Shown piece by piece: positions 1 to 8,507 of a stretch of DNA of 64,000 nucleotides (positions are counted from its first letter, which is position 1; each line of letters starts with the position of its first letter). Below the pieces are notes generated by a model. That model was not told where the DNA came from. It saw nothing but the letters and a program-made list of their open reading frames with translations, and searched no databases. The translations under genes and the position numbers were made by a program. Source of the stretch: Candidatus Moraniibacteriota bacterium. GTDB taxonomy: Bacteria > Patescibacteriota > Minisyncoccia > Moranbacterales > UBA1568. Where the stretch lies: contig JAQTYF010000001.1 in NCBI GenBank assembly GCA_028688415.1, positions 577,895-641,894 of the forward strand. The letters are read 5' to 3'.

Positions 1-118
1 GGGCATCAGTGATGAAAACATCTTCTTTTTCCGCTGTTTCGATAGCCCTGTCAAAATACGCCCCAATTTTCGGATCAAGACGTTCTTTGAAAACCTTTAA
101 TTCATTCTCTATCTGCAT
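1..118 (-). CDS. Hypothetical protein; N-terminal 39 codons only, gene continues past the window start
   Basis: Reverse-complement ATG at 116-118 preceded by AAAGGGGA (SD-like); translation MQIENELKVFKERLDPKIGAYFDRAIETAEKEDVFITDA runs open to position 1. Not in the ORF track because it is truncated. Confidence 0.4.
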   Translation of the reverse strand, partial: MQIENELKVFKERLDPKIGAYFDRAIETAEKEDVFITDA

Positions 119-237
119 ATATTCCCCTTTTAGAGATAGTCAAACACGCTTGAAAGTATATCAAGAAAGAAAACCAAAAACAAGGGAAAAGTCTTCCACT
201 CTCATTTGAAGTACAATCCTCTTTTCTTTTTCAATAA

Positions 238-392
238 CCAAAAGAATTTTTCAGCATCCTTTCCACACTGACTGAGCAAGAGCTCTCAGATCGAAAAAAG
301 AAGTTATGATTGTGTAGATTGGGGACTACTTTTTTCGTAACACTGAAAGCTCTTGTGAGAGGTGGAACGATGATGAAAAATTGGCTTTTGGT
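238..392. repeat. Copy A of a ~155-bp imperfect palindromic (MITE/ERIC-like) intergenic element
   Basis: About 90 % identical to 41314..41470. Outer arms aaaagaatttttca(g)catcctttccac / gtggaacgatgatgaaaaattggctttt are reverse complements; internal arms gagcaagagctctcag / ctga(a)agctcttgtgagag; central hairpin cgaaaaaagaagt...actacttttttcg. Confidence 0.6.
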
Positions 393-457
393 TGTTGGAT
401 AGAAATATCCCTTCTATATGAGAGGTTACTTGTGAGAAAAAGATTTGAAAAAAGATA

Positions 458-1171
458 CTAAAATTGCAAAAAGTCTTTATATTTCTTGTAGAGCTCATGC
501 GTCGCTCGTACATCGCGAGCGTTATATCGTGCGATGTCTGATGATCTTCCATTTTCAAACAGTGTTTTCACATCATCACCATCGACTCCCTGTATTTTCG
601 GACTCTCGATGTCGAAAGCTCGACACCAGAGATGGAGGCTCCCCTTCTTTCTCATCGCGCCGTAAAATGTCAATTGATCAAAGAGGTCTATATGATGTGC
701 TCCTCTCGCCTGAGAATTCAGATACCGATTCGAGAGCAGATTTTTTGTCGGACGAATACCGTGTATAGCAGAACGCACCATGAGGAACGGCACATCGAAC
801 TGTCGACCATTGAATGTGACGAACGTATCGTACTTTCCAGCGATCTCCCAGAATCTCTGGAGCATTTCTTTTTCTGTCATCACGGTACACTTGCACTCTC
901 CTTCTTCGAAACTTTCTTCTACCTTCACTGATGAAGATTCAAAATATACCGCACTTTTTTCACGCTCACTATCATAAATACCGATAGCAACTATACGCCC
1001 TGTCAAAGGTGAGAATCCCATACCATTTTTCAGATCCGTCAATGCTCCGGCATATTCAGTCTCATTTTCTGATTCTCGTTTGATCCAACGAGTGAGTGCT
1101 TCCTGACTCGTCTCATCGAGCGTGTCAAAATCTTCTCCAACGGTTTCAATATCGAAAATGAGGGTGTGCAT
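458..1171 (-). CDS. Predicted 3'-5' exonuclease, RNase H-like/PolB-exonuclease-like (DnaQ superfamily)
   Basis: N-terminal IFDIETVG (Exo I-like DxE), FNGRQFDVPF (Exo II-like), YNARDV (Exo III-like Y..D); 237 aa. Confidence 0.6.
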   Translation of the reverse strand: MHTLIFDIETVGEDFDTLDETSQEALTRWIKRESENETEYAGALTDLKNGMGFSPLTGRIVAIGIYDSEREKSAVYFESSSVKVEESFEEGECKCTVMTEKEMLQRFWEIAGKYDTFVTFNGRQFDVPFLMVRSAIHGIRPTKNLLSNRYLNSQARGAHHIDLFDQLTFYGAMRKKGSLHLWCRAFDIESPKIQGVDGDDVKTLFENGRSSDIARYNARDVRATHELYKKYKDFLQF

Positions 1172-1179
1172 ACGCTTTC

Positions 1180-1524
1180 TTATAGTGGGTGTGTACGATT
1201 TCTGAAGGCGAGAAATGATTGAACGAGATTACTCATATCCTTTTCCTCTATAATTGCTTCGCTCTCATGTGTTTCGATATATGTGTTGAGAGCCTGCATA
1301 CCCTCCTTACTTTCATACCATTCTTCGAAAAGTGCTCCGTATTCCTCTACTTTTTTTTCCTGTTCTGATTCTGGAACCGTTTCTTCATCAGGATGGGTAT
1401 TTCTGTAATCCAATGAAGCAAAATAATACTGCACCAGATTCTTTGCTAAGAGGAATCTTTCTGCCCTTTCTTGTTCTTGCTCTTTCGATGGGAGAACGTA
1501 CTCTGGATGTTCGAGGATATTCAT
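1180..1524 (-). CDS. Hypothetical acidic protein
   Basis: 114-aa ORF, Glu-rich, no recognisable motif; tightly packed between the exonuclease and pyrE. Confidence 0.4.
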   Translation of the reverse strand: MNILEHPEYVLPSKEQEQERAERFLLAKNLVQYYFASLDYRNTHPDEETVPESEQEKKVEEYGALFEEWYESKEGMQALNTYIETHESEAIIEEKDMSNLVQSFLAFRNRTHPL

Positions 1525-1620
1525 AATAATTGTTTCTTTATCATTATCTCACCCATATTGTAGCATAAAAAAACAGGGCCCGTGGTGCATTTGCACTCGG
1601 TACCCTTTTGAACAAAAAAC

Positions 1621-2376
1621 TCAAGAGACGCCGTACTGCTCCCGGTAAGCAAGTATCTTCCTGAGTGCCTCAAATGGCGGTTCTGCGTTATTGTTGATGT
1701 CGCTTGGATCGTAGGAATCACAGTAGCACTGCAAAACCCCAATGAGATCAGAGAGTGTCGCAGCAGCACGAACAGGAATGCCGTAATTCTGTTCAAATTC
1801 CTGCACGGCCGACAAATTACCGTCTTTACTTCGTTCCTGCCGATCGAATGCAATCACACAACCGATAGGAGTACCACCATTGACACGAATAATTTCGACC
1901 GCTTCCCCAGAAGATGTTCCCGTCGTCATGACATCGTCGACGACAAGGACTTTTTTTCCTTGAAGCGATGTGCTACCGACAACAATACCACCTTCGCCAT
2001 GGTCTTTTTCTTCCTTGCGGTTAAAGGCGTACTCAATACTGTTGCCGAGAGTCGCCGCAACGGCAGCGACCAATGGAATGCCCTTATATGCTGGGCCGAA
2101 AATGACATCCGGACGACCATACTTGAGTTCGTCCTTATAGACATTGACAGCATACGCTTTGGCAAGTTCAGAGAGGGTGCCTCCGGTATTAAACAAACCA
2201 GAGTTGAAGAAGTAGGGCGAGGACCGCCCACTCTTCAGTTTGCGCCCCTCCGGAACCAACTCCAGAGCCCTGATGCGTAACGCGTAAGAAACGAATTCTT
2301 CAGCGGATGGGATAAGAGATTCTATCATGATAAGTCTTCTTTCTCTCGCGATGCGAGTTGGTTGGTTGAAATTCAA
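1621..2376 (-). CDS. pyrE: Orotate phosphoribosyltransferase
   Basis: PRTase motif VLVVDDVMTTGTS; OPRT-like layout; 4-nt overlap with the pyrF stop. Confidence 0.85.
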   Translation of the reverse strand: MNFNQPTRIARERRLIMIESLIPSAEEFVSYALRIRALELVPEGRKLKSGRSSPYFFNSGLFNTGGTLSELAKAYAVNVYKDELKYGRPDVIFGPAYKGIPLVAAVAATLGNSIEYAFNRKEEKDHGEGGIVVGSTSLQGKKVLVVDDVMTTGTSSGEAVEIIRVNGGTPIGCVIAFDRQERSKDGNLSAVQEFEQNYGIPVRAAATLSDLIGVLQCYCDSYDPSDINNNAEPPFEALRKILAYREQYGVS

Positions 2377-3344
2377 AATGGATACTTGCCAGCCCGTTTG
2401 AGACCAGCGTTCAGATCATCGCGTGAAAACTCGGCAGACTTCGCAGCTGCTTGTGCGAAATATTTCGAATCACAAGCAAATTGCCCCTTTGCCCAAGCGC
2501 CGGTCACACCACGTGATGAATTGATAACAGCACCAAAGCCATCGTCGTTGAACAGCGCTGCGCAGTCATTCGCCGTAGCGCCCTGACCACCATAACCCGG
2601 GCCAAGAAACAGTCCTTTCGGAAGAATTCTTCGCATTTTGACTGCGTCTTCAGGAAAAGTCGCTCCCATGACAACGCCCAAATTGCGATAGCCGTTCTGG
2701 CCCTCTGTACCTTCGCCCCACACACTAACGAGCTTGGCCAGCTCTTCCCAAACGGTAAAACAACTCTGTGTCACCAATTGCTCAACCGCAGAGTTAGGTG
2801 CAAACGATGTCTTGTCGACAACAAAAGCGCCCGTGCCATGAGTCTTGATTTGATTCACAAAATGCAGAACGCCAGCTTCGCCAATGTACCCGGCGCCAAC
2901 AGTCACAGCATCAGCACGAATTGAGGTTTCTTTTATTTCCCCATCGAAAAATGGGATTCCACCAATGTGTGCGCCCGCGTAGGCCTTTGCTGTTTCTCCG
3001 CCGTCAGTGCACTTAGCATCGTTGATGACGAGAAGGCCCTTGCTGTGAGCATAGGCGATAGTCGCCTCGAATGCCCAAGACAAAAAATGGCTGCCGGTGT
3101 AAAAAGCCAATTGCGGTTTCACGGCGACAGCAAATGGTTCAATGGCGTCGATGATTGCCACATTGGAATCATAGTACAAGTGCCCAAGAGCCTCCCATGT
3201 TTTCTCATGTTTGGCAACCACGACATCAACAAGATGCAATGGCATGAATTGAAACTGGGGATCGAGCCCGACGCAAAGTACGCTTTTTTTCGCAATCATT
3301 GCGGCTTGAAGCCGATCCACAAAAGTCGACGATTTGATATTCAT
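2373..3344 (-). CDS. pyrF: Orotidine 5'-phosphate decarboxylase (long, type 2)
   Basis: VGLDP and LVINDAK-type motifs of OMP decarboxylase; 323 aa; directly upstream of pyrE. Confidence 0.8.
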   Translation of the reverse strand: MNIKSSTFVDRLQAAMIAKKSVLCVGLDPQFQFMPLHLVDVVVAKHEKTWEALGHLYYDSNVAIIDAIEPFAVAVKPQLAFYTGSHFLSWAFEATIAYAHSKGLLVINDAKCTDGGETAKAYAGAHIGGIPFFDGEIKETSIRADAVTVGAGYIGEAGVLHFVNQIKTHGTGAFVVDKTSFAPNSAVEQLVTQSCFTVWEELAKLVSVWGEGTEGQNGYRNLGVVMGATFPEDAVKMRRILPKGLFLGPGYGGQGATANDCAALFNDDGFGAVINSSRGVTGAWAKGQFACDSKYFAQAAAKSAEFSRDDLNAGLKRAGKYPF

Positions 3345-3552
3345 TTTTAAATCTCCAGTTGTTAAGTTTACAAAAAATCAGCTCAAAGCTGATGTTACAG
3401 CATACAAATCTTCCCCGCTTTTGTCAAACGGGGAAATGGCCTCAAAAAGAGAAAATCCCCTACCAACAGGCGGAGAATTTTTACTAGACATGTGCCAAGC
3501 CCTGCCTGTCGGCAGACAGGAGTTGGCGTACTTTATGTCTTCAACTTCGTTG

Positions 3553-3624
3553 TAGCCCTAAGGGGAATCGGACCCCTGTTACCAGGATGAGAACCTGGTG
3601 TCCTAACCATTAGACGATAGGGCC
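3553..3624 (-). tRNA. tRNA-Glu (anticodon CTC)
   Basis: Reverse complement GGCCCTATCGTCTAATGGTTAGGACACCAGGTTCTCATCCTGGTAACAGGGGTCCGATTCCCCTTAGGGCTA folds as a cloverleaf. Anticodon stem CCAGG/CCTGG, loop TTCTCAT. Closely resembles E. coli tRNA-Glu. T-loop reads TCCGATT, i.e. C at the usually invariant U55. Confidence 0.6.
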
Positions 3625-3666
3625 GTAAAGAAACTTTTCCATAATAACTATGGAAAACCTTCTTAG

Positions 3667-3737
3667 CAGGAGCGGTAGGAATCGAACCTACGCAAGCGGA
3701 TTTGGAGGCCGCTGTACTACCATTATACGACGCTCCC
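3667..3737 (-). tRNA. tRNA-Trp (anticodon CCA)
   Basis: Reverse complement GGGAGCGTCGTATAATGGTAGTACAGCGGCCTCCAAATCCGCTTGCGTAGGTTCGATTCCTACCGCTCCTG. Acceptor GGGAGCG/CGCTCCT, anticodon loop CTCCAAA, T-arm GTAGG-TTCGATT-CCTAC. Confidence 0.75.
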
Positions 3738-3844
3738 GTGCCTTTTTTCTGAAAATTCAACAAACAAAAAACAGTTAACCATTTAACAAAAAGCAGATAC
3801 TATCATTCTATCGTGCTTACTGTTTTTTGTTAACTGTTGCTTGA

Positions 3845-4006
3845 TTATTTGCTCTCAGCGTGAGGAGTGTTCTTCTTACAAAAACGACAATATTTCGAAA
3901 GAGCAAGCTTTTCTTTCACCTTTTTCTTATTGCGCTTGGTGTAATGTGTGATACGACTACACAGAGAACACTTCAGTTTTACCATGGTATCTTTTATCTG
4001 TCCCAT
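3845..4006 (-). CDS. rpmG: 50S ribosomal protein L33
   Basis: Manual translation MGQIKDTMVKLKCSLCSRITHYTKRNKKKVKEKLALSKYCRFCKKNTPHAESK (53 aa) carries the L33 Cys4 zinc ribbon. Below the 60-aa ORF-track cutoff. Sits between tRNA genes, the usual tRNA/rpmG context. Confidence 0.8.
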   Translation of the reverse strand: MGQIKDTMVKLKCSLCSRITHYTKRNKKKVKEKLALSKYCRFCKKNTPHAESK

Positions 4007-4086
4007 AACACTCTTCTTTACTAGCTATTTACAAAGCCTTTCTACTCTACCTGAAAGAAGGCTATTCGTCAACCTGAGCCGTTGAT

Positions 4087-4159
4087 CGGGATTGAACCGA
4101 TGACCTCGTCATTACCAATGACGTGCTCTACCAACTGAGCTACAACGGCATACTTTCAA
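4087..4159 (-). tRNA. tRNA-Thr (anticodon GGT)
   Basis: Reverse complement GCCGTTGTAGCTCAGTTGGTAGAGCACGTCATTGGTAATGACGAGGTCATCGGTTCAATCCCGATCAACGGCT. Anticodon stem GTCAT/ATGAC, loop TGGTAAT. Confidence 0.8.
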
Positions 4160-4273
4160 AGCACTTTGTATAGACTATCAAGAAATGTGTGCTCTGGCAA
4201 GAAAAATCTTATGGACGAAGAGATTAATTCAGTTGTTTCATTCAGAGAAATATAGAAACTGATAATAAGTGTT

Positions 4274-4312
4274 TGAAAAAGAAAAAGGCCGATGAATGAT
4301 ATCATACGGCCT
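4274..4312 (-). terminator. Rho-independent terminator downstream of the GC-rich ORF
   Basis: Minus-strand transcript forms the hairpin ggccgtatgatatcattcatcggcc followed by tttttctttttc. Confidence 0.45.
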
Positions 4313-4348
4313 CAAGGCGAGTTTTCGCATGAAGGGAACAAGTGACGT

Positions 4349-4735
4349 CTACGCGTCATTGAAGCATTGCCAGAACTCCTGGCGGGTCTTGACCGGCTTC
4401 ACGACTTCCGCGGAGTTGTGATCAAAGAGAAACAGAGCGAATGCATGATTCGGAAAACCCTGTCTCATCCAGTACTCGGCCGCTTCAGGAGATTTTTGCT
4501 GAAGCGCTTCGATTGCGTGCGTCTGGAGCACGATGTAGCCGGGGTAGTCCAGGACTTCAAGTCCCGTCTCCACATCATGCATCGTGTCACCTGCGTTTGA
4601 TGGCACTCCGTCGTGTGAAAACAGACACGGCACCTCGACCCCGATCCACTGCTCACGGATCTGGAGTGGTGCTCCCCCGCGTGGGACGGAAATGAAGCGG
4701 ATCGTCCCCAGATCTTCCATTTGAATTTGGCGCAT
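4349..4735 (-). CDS. Hypothetical protein in an approximately 55 % GC islet (possible acquired gene; start uncertain, ORF open to 4795)
   Basis: The ~450 bp of coding sequence is about 55 % GC against ~38 % around it. Chosen start MRQIQMEDLG has gagagg 8 nt upstream. Has its own terminator. No recognised domain. Confidence 0.45.
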   Translation of the reverse strand: MRQIQMEDLGTIRFISVPRGGAPLQIREQWIGVEVPCLFSHDGVPSNAGDTMHDVETGLEVLDYPGYIVLQTHAIEALQQKSPEAAEYWMRQGFPNHAFALFLFDHNSAEVVKPVKTRQEFWQCFNDA

Positions 4736-4881
4736 GAAAAAACCTCTCATTCCAGAACACATGCCAACACAGGCAAGATGTAATAAGATAATCACGAATA
4801 AGACTAAGAGTCAATGGTCCATTCGAATCCTATCCTAAATAACAAAAACGAGGATTTTTAACCCATCATTATATATTATGG

Positions 4882-5046
4882 GATTCAGTCACAAATATTT
4901 TTCTTGCCGTCGCACTTCTCGAAAGCCAAACAAATTTGAAGAGGGATTCCTCCTCCACCATCGCTGTGCCGGAGGCACCGCGACTCCTCCAGAGCCTGGG
5001 TTTTTCAAAAGCCAAGCATATTTAGATTCGGTCACAAATATTTTTC
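4882..5046. repeat. Pair of 22-bp direct repeats gattc(a/g)gtcacaaatatttttc (4882..4903 and 5025..5046) in the non-coding stretch between the GC-rich ORF and tRNA-Tyr
   Basis: 21 of 22 positions identical, 143 bp apart. Additional hairpins ggaggcaccgcgactcctcc and gaaagccaagtagttggctttc. The overlapping ORF 4878..5315(+) runs across tRNA-Tyr and is judged spurious. Confidence 0.5.
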
Positions 5047-5165
5047 CTGACGGAAAAATTTCGCGTCCCCGTCTCACGGTATTCGCCTTGCTCTGCGAGC
5101 AAACTCATACATCGTTCCGACTTTCTCATCCCTCTCGAAAGCCAAGTAGTTGGCTTTCTCCTGCC

Positions 5166-5204
5166 AAAAATAAAAAAACTTCCTTTCGGAAGTTATTTTA
5201 TTTT
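5166..5204 (-). terminator. Intrinsic (bidirectional-type) terminator after tRNA-Tyr
   Basis: aaaaaaacttcctttcggaagttattttatttt: stem aacttcc/ggaagtt, A-run upstream, T-run downstream. Confidence 0.6.
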
Positions 5205-5205
5205 G

Positions 5206-5288
5206 TGGGCAGGGAGGGATTCGAACCCCCGAAGGCCGAAGCCGACAGATTTACAGTCTGTTGTAATAGACCACTCTACCACCTACCC
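5206..5288 (-). tRNA. tRNA-Tyr (anticodon GTA), long variable arm
   Basis: Reverse complement GGGTAGGTGGTAGAGTGGTCTATTACAACAGACTGTAAATCTGTCGGCTTCGGCCTTCGGGGGTTCGAATCCCTCCCTGCCCA. Anticodon stem ACAGA/TCTGT, loop CTGTAAA. Class II variable arm. Confidence 0.8.
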
Positions 5289-5314
5289 ATACCATATCTC
5301 TTGTCCTTCTTTTG

Positions 5315-5387
5315 AGCCACCTGTCAGACTTGAACTGACGACCCACGGTTTACAAAACCGTCGCTCTACCAACTGAGCTAAGGTGGC
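5315..5387 (-). tRNA. tRNA-Thr (anticodon TGT)
   Basis: Reverse complement GCCACCTTAGCTCAGTTGGTAGAGCGACGGTTTTGTAAACCGTGGGTCGTCAGTTCAAGTCTGACAGGTGGCT. Anticodon stem ACGGT/ACCGT, loop TTTGTAA. Confidence 0.8.
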
Positions 5388-5445
5388 ATCTCCTCTCTAA
5401 AACTCTACTCTGTAATCACATTTTTCCCACTTCATCTACCAACCC

Positions 5446-5495
5446 CGCCTGCATCGCTATGCGAAGCATTGCGGGCAGGTAAGCTAAGGTGGCAT
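5446..5495. repeat. Imperfect GC-rich hairpin plus a 14-bp duplicate of the tRNA-Thr(TGT) 5' end
   Basis: Hairpin cctgc-at-cgc-t-atgc-gaa-gcat-t-gcg-g-gcagg at 5446..5484. agctaaggtggcat at 5482..5495 repeats 5376..5389 (first 14 nt of the tRNA plus flank). Confidence 0.4.
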
Positions 5496-5539
5496 TTCAT
5501 TATTCTACTTCTTTTTTTCTTCCGAGACAAGTATAGCTT

Positions 5540-6352
5540 CTATACTTCTTTCTGAAGGAGAATTTTTTCCAAACGACGAATCTTGATTTTTGCCATGCGT
5601 TGGACAGGACTCAGTCGGAGCACTTGTCGGTAGCATTCTTTAGCATCTTTGATATTACCAATCTCGAGATAATAATCCCCGAGTTCTTCATACGCACTGA
5701 AGTCTTTTGGATTCACAGCGATATGTGCAATCAGGGTTTCTTCTTGTGCGACACTGACAGATTTTTTCTTGACAGATATTCTCTCAGGACGAACCATTGC
5801 CTCACTCACCATTGGGCGAAGAGCATCTTGTTCTTGTTCCTGTTCTACTGGAGCACTCAGCTGTATGTCCTTCACAACATCTGATTGCACATCGAGAGAA
5901 ACTCTGGTATTTTCCTGTTTTTCAAAAATACGAAAACGTTCAACTCGAGATCGTCTAATCACTGGGATTTCCGTATCATTTGTCTCGATCGTATCCCCAC
6001 TACCATCGGATACTTCTTCTTGTACCGATATTGGTTTCTGAAAATGTTTCTGCTTTTCTTTCAGAGACTGCGTCATATCACTTAGTGTATTGTGCATTCG
6101 AAGAGACATCACTTTGAAGCGATAGGTCATTTTTTCTAATAGATGTAGAGAAAAATGTTTTGTTCGAGAAAAAGCAATCTGCTCTCCTGCGGTACTTTCT
6201 AACTGAGAAATTTTGTCCACTACTACAGGATCAACACCCTTTCGAGAAAGATACCACAATGCAAACAGTACACTCAGCACGATGACAATTGGAGGGACAA
6301 TGAGATACCACATGAGAATTGAAGGACGAGGAGACGAGTTAAAGATTTTCAA
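5540..6352 (-). CDS. Membrane-anchored protein with C-terminal TPR-like repeat
   Basis: N-terminal hydrophobic segment WYLIVPPIVIVLSVLFALWYL; C-terminal YEELGDYYLEIGNIKDAKECYRQVLRLSP is TPR-like. Confidence 0.5.
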   Translation of the reverse strand: MKIFNSSPRPSILMWYLIVPPIVIVLSVLFALWYLSRKGVDPVVVDKISQLESTAGEQIAFSRTKHFSLHLLEKMTYRFKVMSLRMHNTLSDMTQSLKEKQKHFQKPISVQEEVSDGSGDTIETNDTEIPVIRRSRVERFRIFEKQENTRVSLDVQSDVVKDIQLSAPVEQEQEQDALRPMVSEAMVRPERISVKKKSVSVAQEETLIAHIAVNPKDFSAYEELGDYYLEIGNIKDAKECYRQVLRLSPVQRMAKIKIRRLEKILLQKEV

Positions 6353-6410
6353 CGAGGAAAGAGATGCGTATCTTGTATTCTTTTAGACAAAAAAGAGGTC
6401 AAACGAAACA

Positions 6411-6995
6411 TTATATTTCATATCGAACAAAACCACCTATCTGAATATTTTCCCCTATCTTATGGATTTTTTCAGTGAGCAATTCTCCGACGGTTTTGGT
6501 ACTATCTTTGATGAACACCTGGGTCAACAGTGCGTTTTCACTGCGGAATTTTGTTTCTTTACCCATCATAATCTTTTCCATCATTTCCTGTGGTTTGTTT
6601 TCTTTGATGAGCTGTTCTTTCCAGATATCACGTTCTTTCTTCACGAGTTCTTCCAGAACTTCTTCTGGTTTCACATACTGTGGAGCGGCGGCGGCGATAT
6701 GCATAGCGATATCATGACCCAACGAAAGGAATTCTTCATTGATAGCGACAAAATCTGTCTCGCAATACAATTTAAGAAGTACTCCGATACGATTATTGGA
6801 ATGAATATAAGAAATCACAATACCTTCGTGAGCTTCACGATCACTCTTGCCTTGTGCCTTTGATTGACCGCGTTTTCGAAGGAGAACAACTGCTTGTTCT
6901 TCATCGCCTTTTGCTTCATCCAGAGCTTTTTTTACATCGACAACACCTGCACCAGTCATTTCACGCAAGCGTTTTACTTGTTCCATTACACCCAT
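6411..6995 (-). CDS. tsf: Elongation factor Ts (short form)
   Basis: N-terminal UBA-like VKRLREMTGAGVVDVKKALDEA; directly downstream of rpsB. Confidence 0.85.
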   Translation of the reverse strand: MGVMEQVKRLREMTGAGVVDVKKALDEAKGDEEQAVVLLRKRGQSKAQGKSDREAHEGIVISYIHSNNRIGVLLKLYCETDFVAINEEFLSLGHDIAMHIAAAAPQYVKPEEVLEELVKKERDIWKEQLIKENKPQEMMEKIMMGKETKFRSENALLTQVFIKDSTKTVGELLTEKIHKIGENIQIGGFVRYEI

Positions 6996-7081
6996 AATTT
7001 TAGATGTTATTTTTGAGTTATTTCATTCTCAAAAAAAGAGTGTACTTTTTCTTGAGACATACAAGAATCATCTTGTTGCGA

Positions 7082-7915
7082 TTATGCCACTTGTGATTGA
7101 ACAGATCCTTTGACCATGTTTTTTGCCAATGCACTTTTTTCTTTTGTTTCGATCACCATCTTGCCAAGATAACCAAGCAAAATACGGAGAGAAGAAAGAG
7201 CATCATCATTTCCTGGAATAGGATAATCAACAAAACTCGGATCGGTATTTGTATCGACGATACCAATCACAGGAATATTCATTTTTCGAGCTTCAAAGAT
7301 AACCAAAGACGCTTCTTTGACATCAGCAATGACAATAGCCCCAGGCAACTGCCCCATACGCTTGATACCTCCGACTTTCTTCTCAAGCTTTTCAACTTCT
7401 TCATTTTTCTTTGCTTGTTCAAATTTGGTATATTTCTTGAAAGCACCCTGTTCCAACTTCTCATGAGTGTCATTCAAATATTTGGCACGAGAATTGATGC
7501 AAGAAAAGTTCGTGAGCGTACCTCCCAACCAACGATCGATCACATAGGATTCACCTAATCGAGTAGCGAGAGATTTCACTGTATCCTGAGTCTGGGTCTT
7601 CATCCCAACAAAAAGAATCGGTTTACCACTCTTGACCACTCCACTCAAAAATGTCCCTGCCGACTGAAGTTTCTCAGCAGTTCTCTCGAGATTGACGATA
7701 TTGATATTCTTGCGCGTCGTATAGATGTATTCTTCCATCTTCGGATGACGGCGAGATTTCAAATGTCCGAAATGGACACCTGCCTTGAGCAAATCTTCCA
7801 AACTCACGCTCACTTTCGAAAAATCAAATGAAGCGAAATAGGATTCACTTACTTGCTTTTCTGTCTCTTTCTTTACAACAACTGTACCTGTCTCTGCTAT
7901 AGCCGTTTCCGACAT
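7082..7915 (-). CDS. rpsB: 30S ribosomal protein S2, with ~35-aa N-terminal extension
   Basis: LLKAGVHFGHLKSRRHPKM is the S2 signature region; rpsB-tsf order conserved. Confidence 0.9.
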   Translation of the reverse strand: MSETAIAETGTVVVKKETEKQVSESYFASFDFSKVSVSLEDLLKAGVHFGHLKSRRHPKMEEYIYTTRKNINIVNLERTAEKLQSAGTFLSGVVKSGKPILFVGMKTQTQDTVKSLATRLGESYVIDRWLGGTLTNFSCINSRAKYLNDTHEKLEQGAFKKYTKFEQAKKNEEVEKLEKKVGGIKRMGQLPGAIVIADVKEASLVIFEARKMNIPVIGIVDTNTDPSFVDYPIPGNDDALSSLRILLGYLGKMVIETKEKSALAKNMVKGSVQSQVA

Positions 7916-8219
7916 AATATTACTTCCTTAAGAAATTAAGCTCTTCACAGAAAAGTGAAGATGCACATTTTGCTCACATGAGCCACCTATTTTCTCTTTT
8001 CTAAGCCTTGAAAGCACTGTAAGAACAGGCCAGGAACAGGCTCTTTGAGAAAATATGTCTGATTTTGTACTCCTGTTCGAAGAACAAGAGGAAAATACAG
8101 TTAGTATCGTATCAGAAGAAAAGCATTCTGACAACCCCCTTCTTTGGGGCTTGCCAATTCTACGAGCTCGTGATACACTCTTCCTACAACGCTCCATACG
8201 TAAATTTTATGCTGTTTTT

Positions 8220-8507
8220 ATGAAACAAGGAATACACCCAAACTATTTTGAAACCGCCACTATTACTTGCTCTTGCGGAGCAGTACTCGAGACTGGTTCA
8301 ACAACAGAAACGATGCACACAGAAATCTGTTCACAGTGCCATCCTTTTTATACTGGAAAAAAGAAGTTTATCGATGCTACAGGACGAGTTGATCGTTTCA
8401 AAAAACTTTCTCTCAAATCAGAAGAAAAACAAGCTCTCCGTCTCAAAGCTTCCAAAGCAAAAAAGGCAGAAACTCCTAAGAAAAAGAAAGAAGTTGCCGA
8501 AAAATAG
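8220..8507 (+). CDS. rpmE: 50S ribosomal protein L31 (Zn-ribbon type) with Lys-rich C-terminal tail
   Basis: [62 protein letters not shown] matches L31 from this internal Met. The track ORF (8055..) includes a spurious 55-aa N-terminal extension. Tail [20 protein letters not shown]. Confidence 0.85.
   Translation: MKQGIHPNYFETATITCSCGAVLETGSTTETMHTEICSQCHPFYTGKKKFIDATGRVDRFKKLSLKSEEKQALRLKASKAKKAETPKKKKEVAEK

Noticed and set aside
445-768. Track ORFs 304..558(-), 445..768(+), 632..931(+), 678..896(-), 780..977(+) overlapping the exonuclease gene
   Set aside because: All lie within or antisense to the well-supported 458..1171(-) gene and have no motifs or RBS; judged spurious shadow ORFs.
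4878-5315. 145-aa track ORF on the + strand
   Set aside because: It runs across tRNA-Tyr, the terminator and the repeat-containing spacer; the peptide is low-complexity.
6996-7081. Search for rRNA, tmRNA, RNase P or SRP RNA signatures in the larger intergenic regions
   Set aside because: No conserved cores (e.g. the SRP GGUCCGGAAGGAAGCAGCC or a tmRNA tRNA-like 3' end) were recognisable by eye; cannot be excluded without covariance-model searches.
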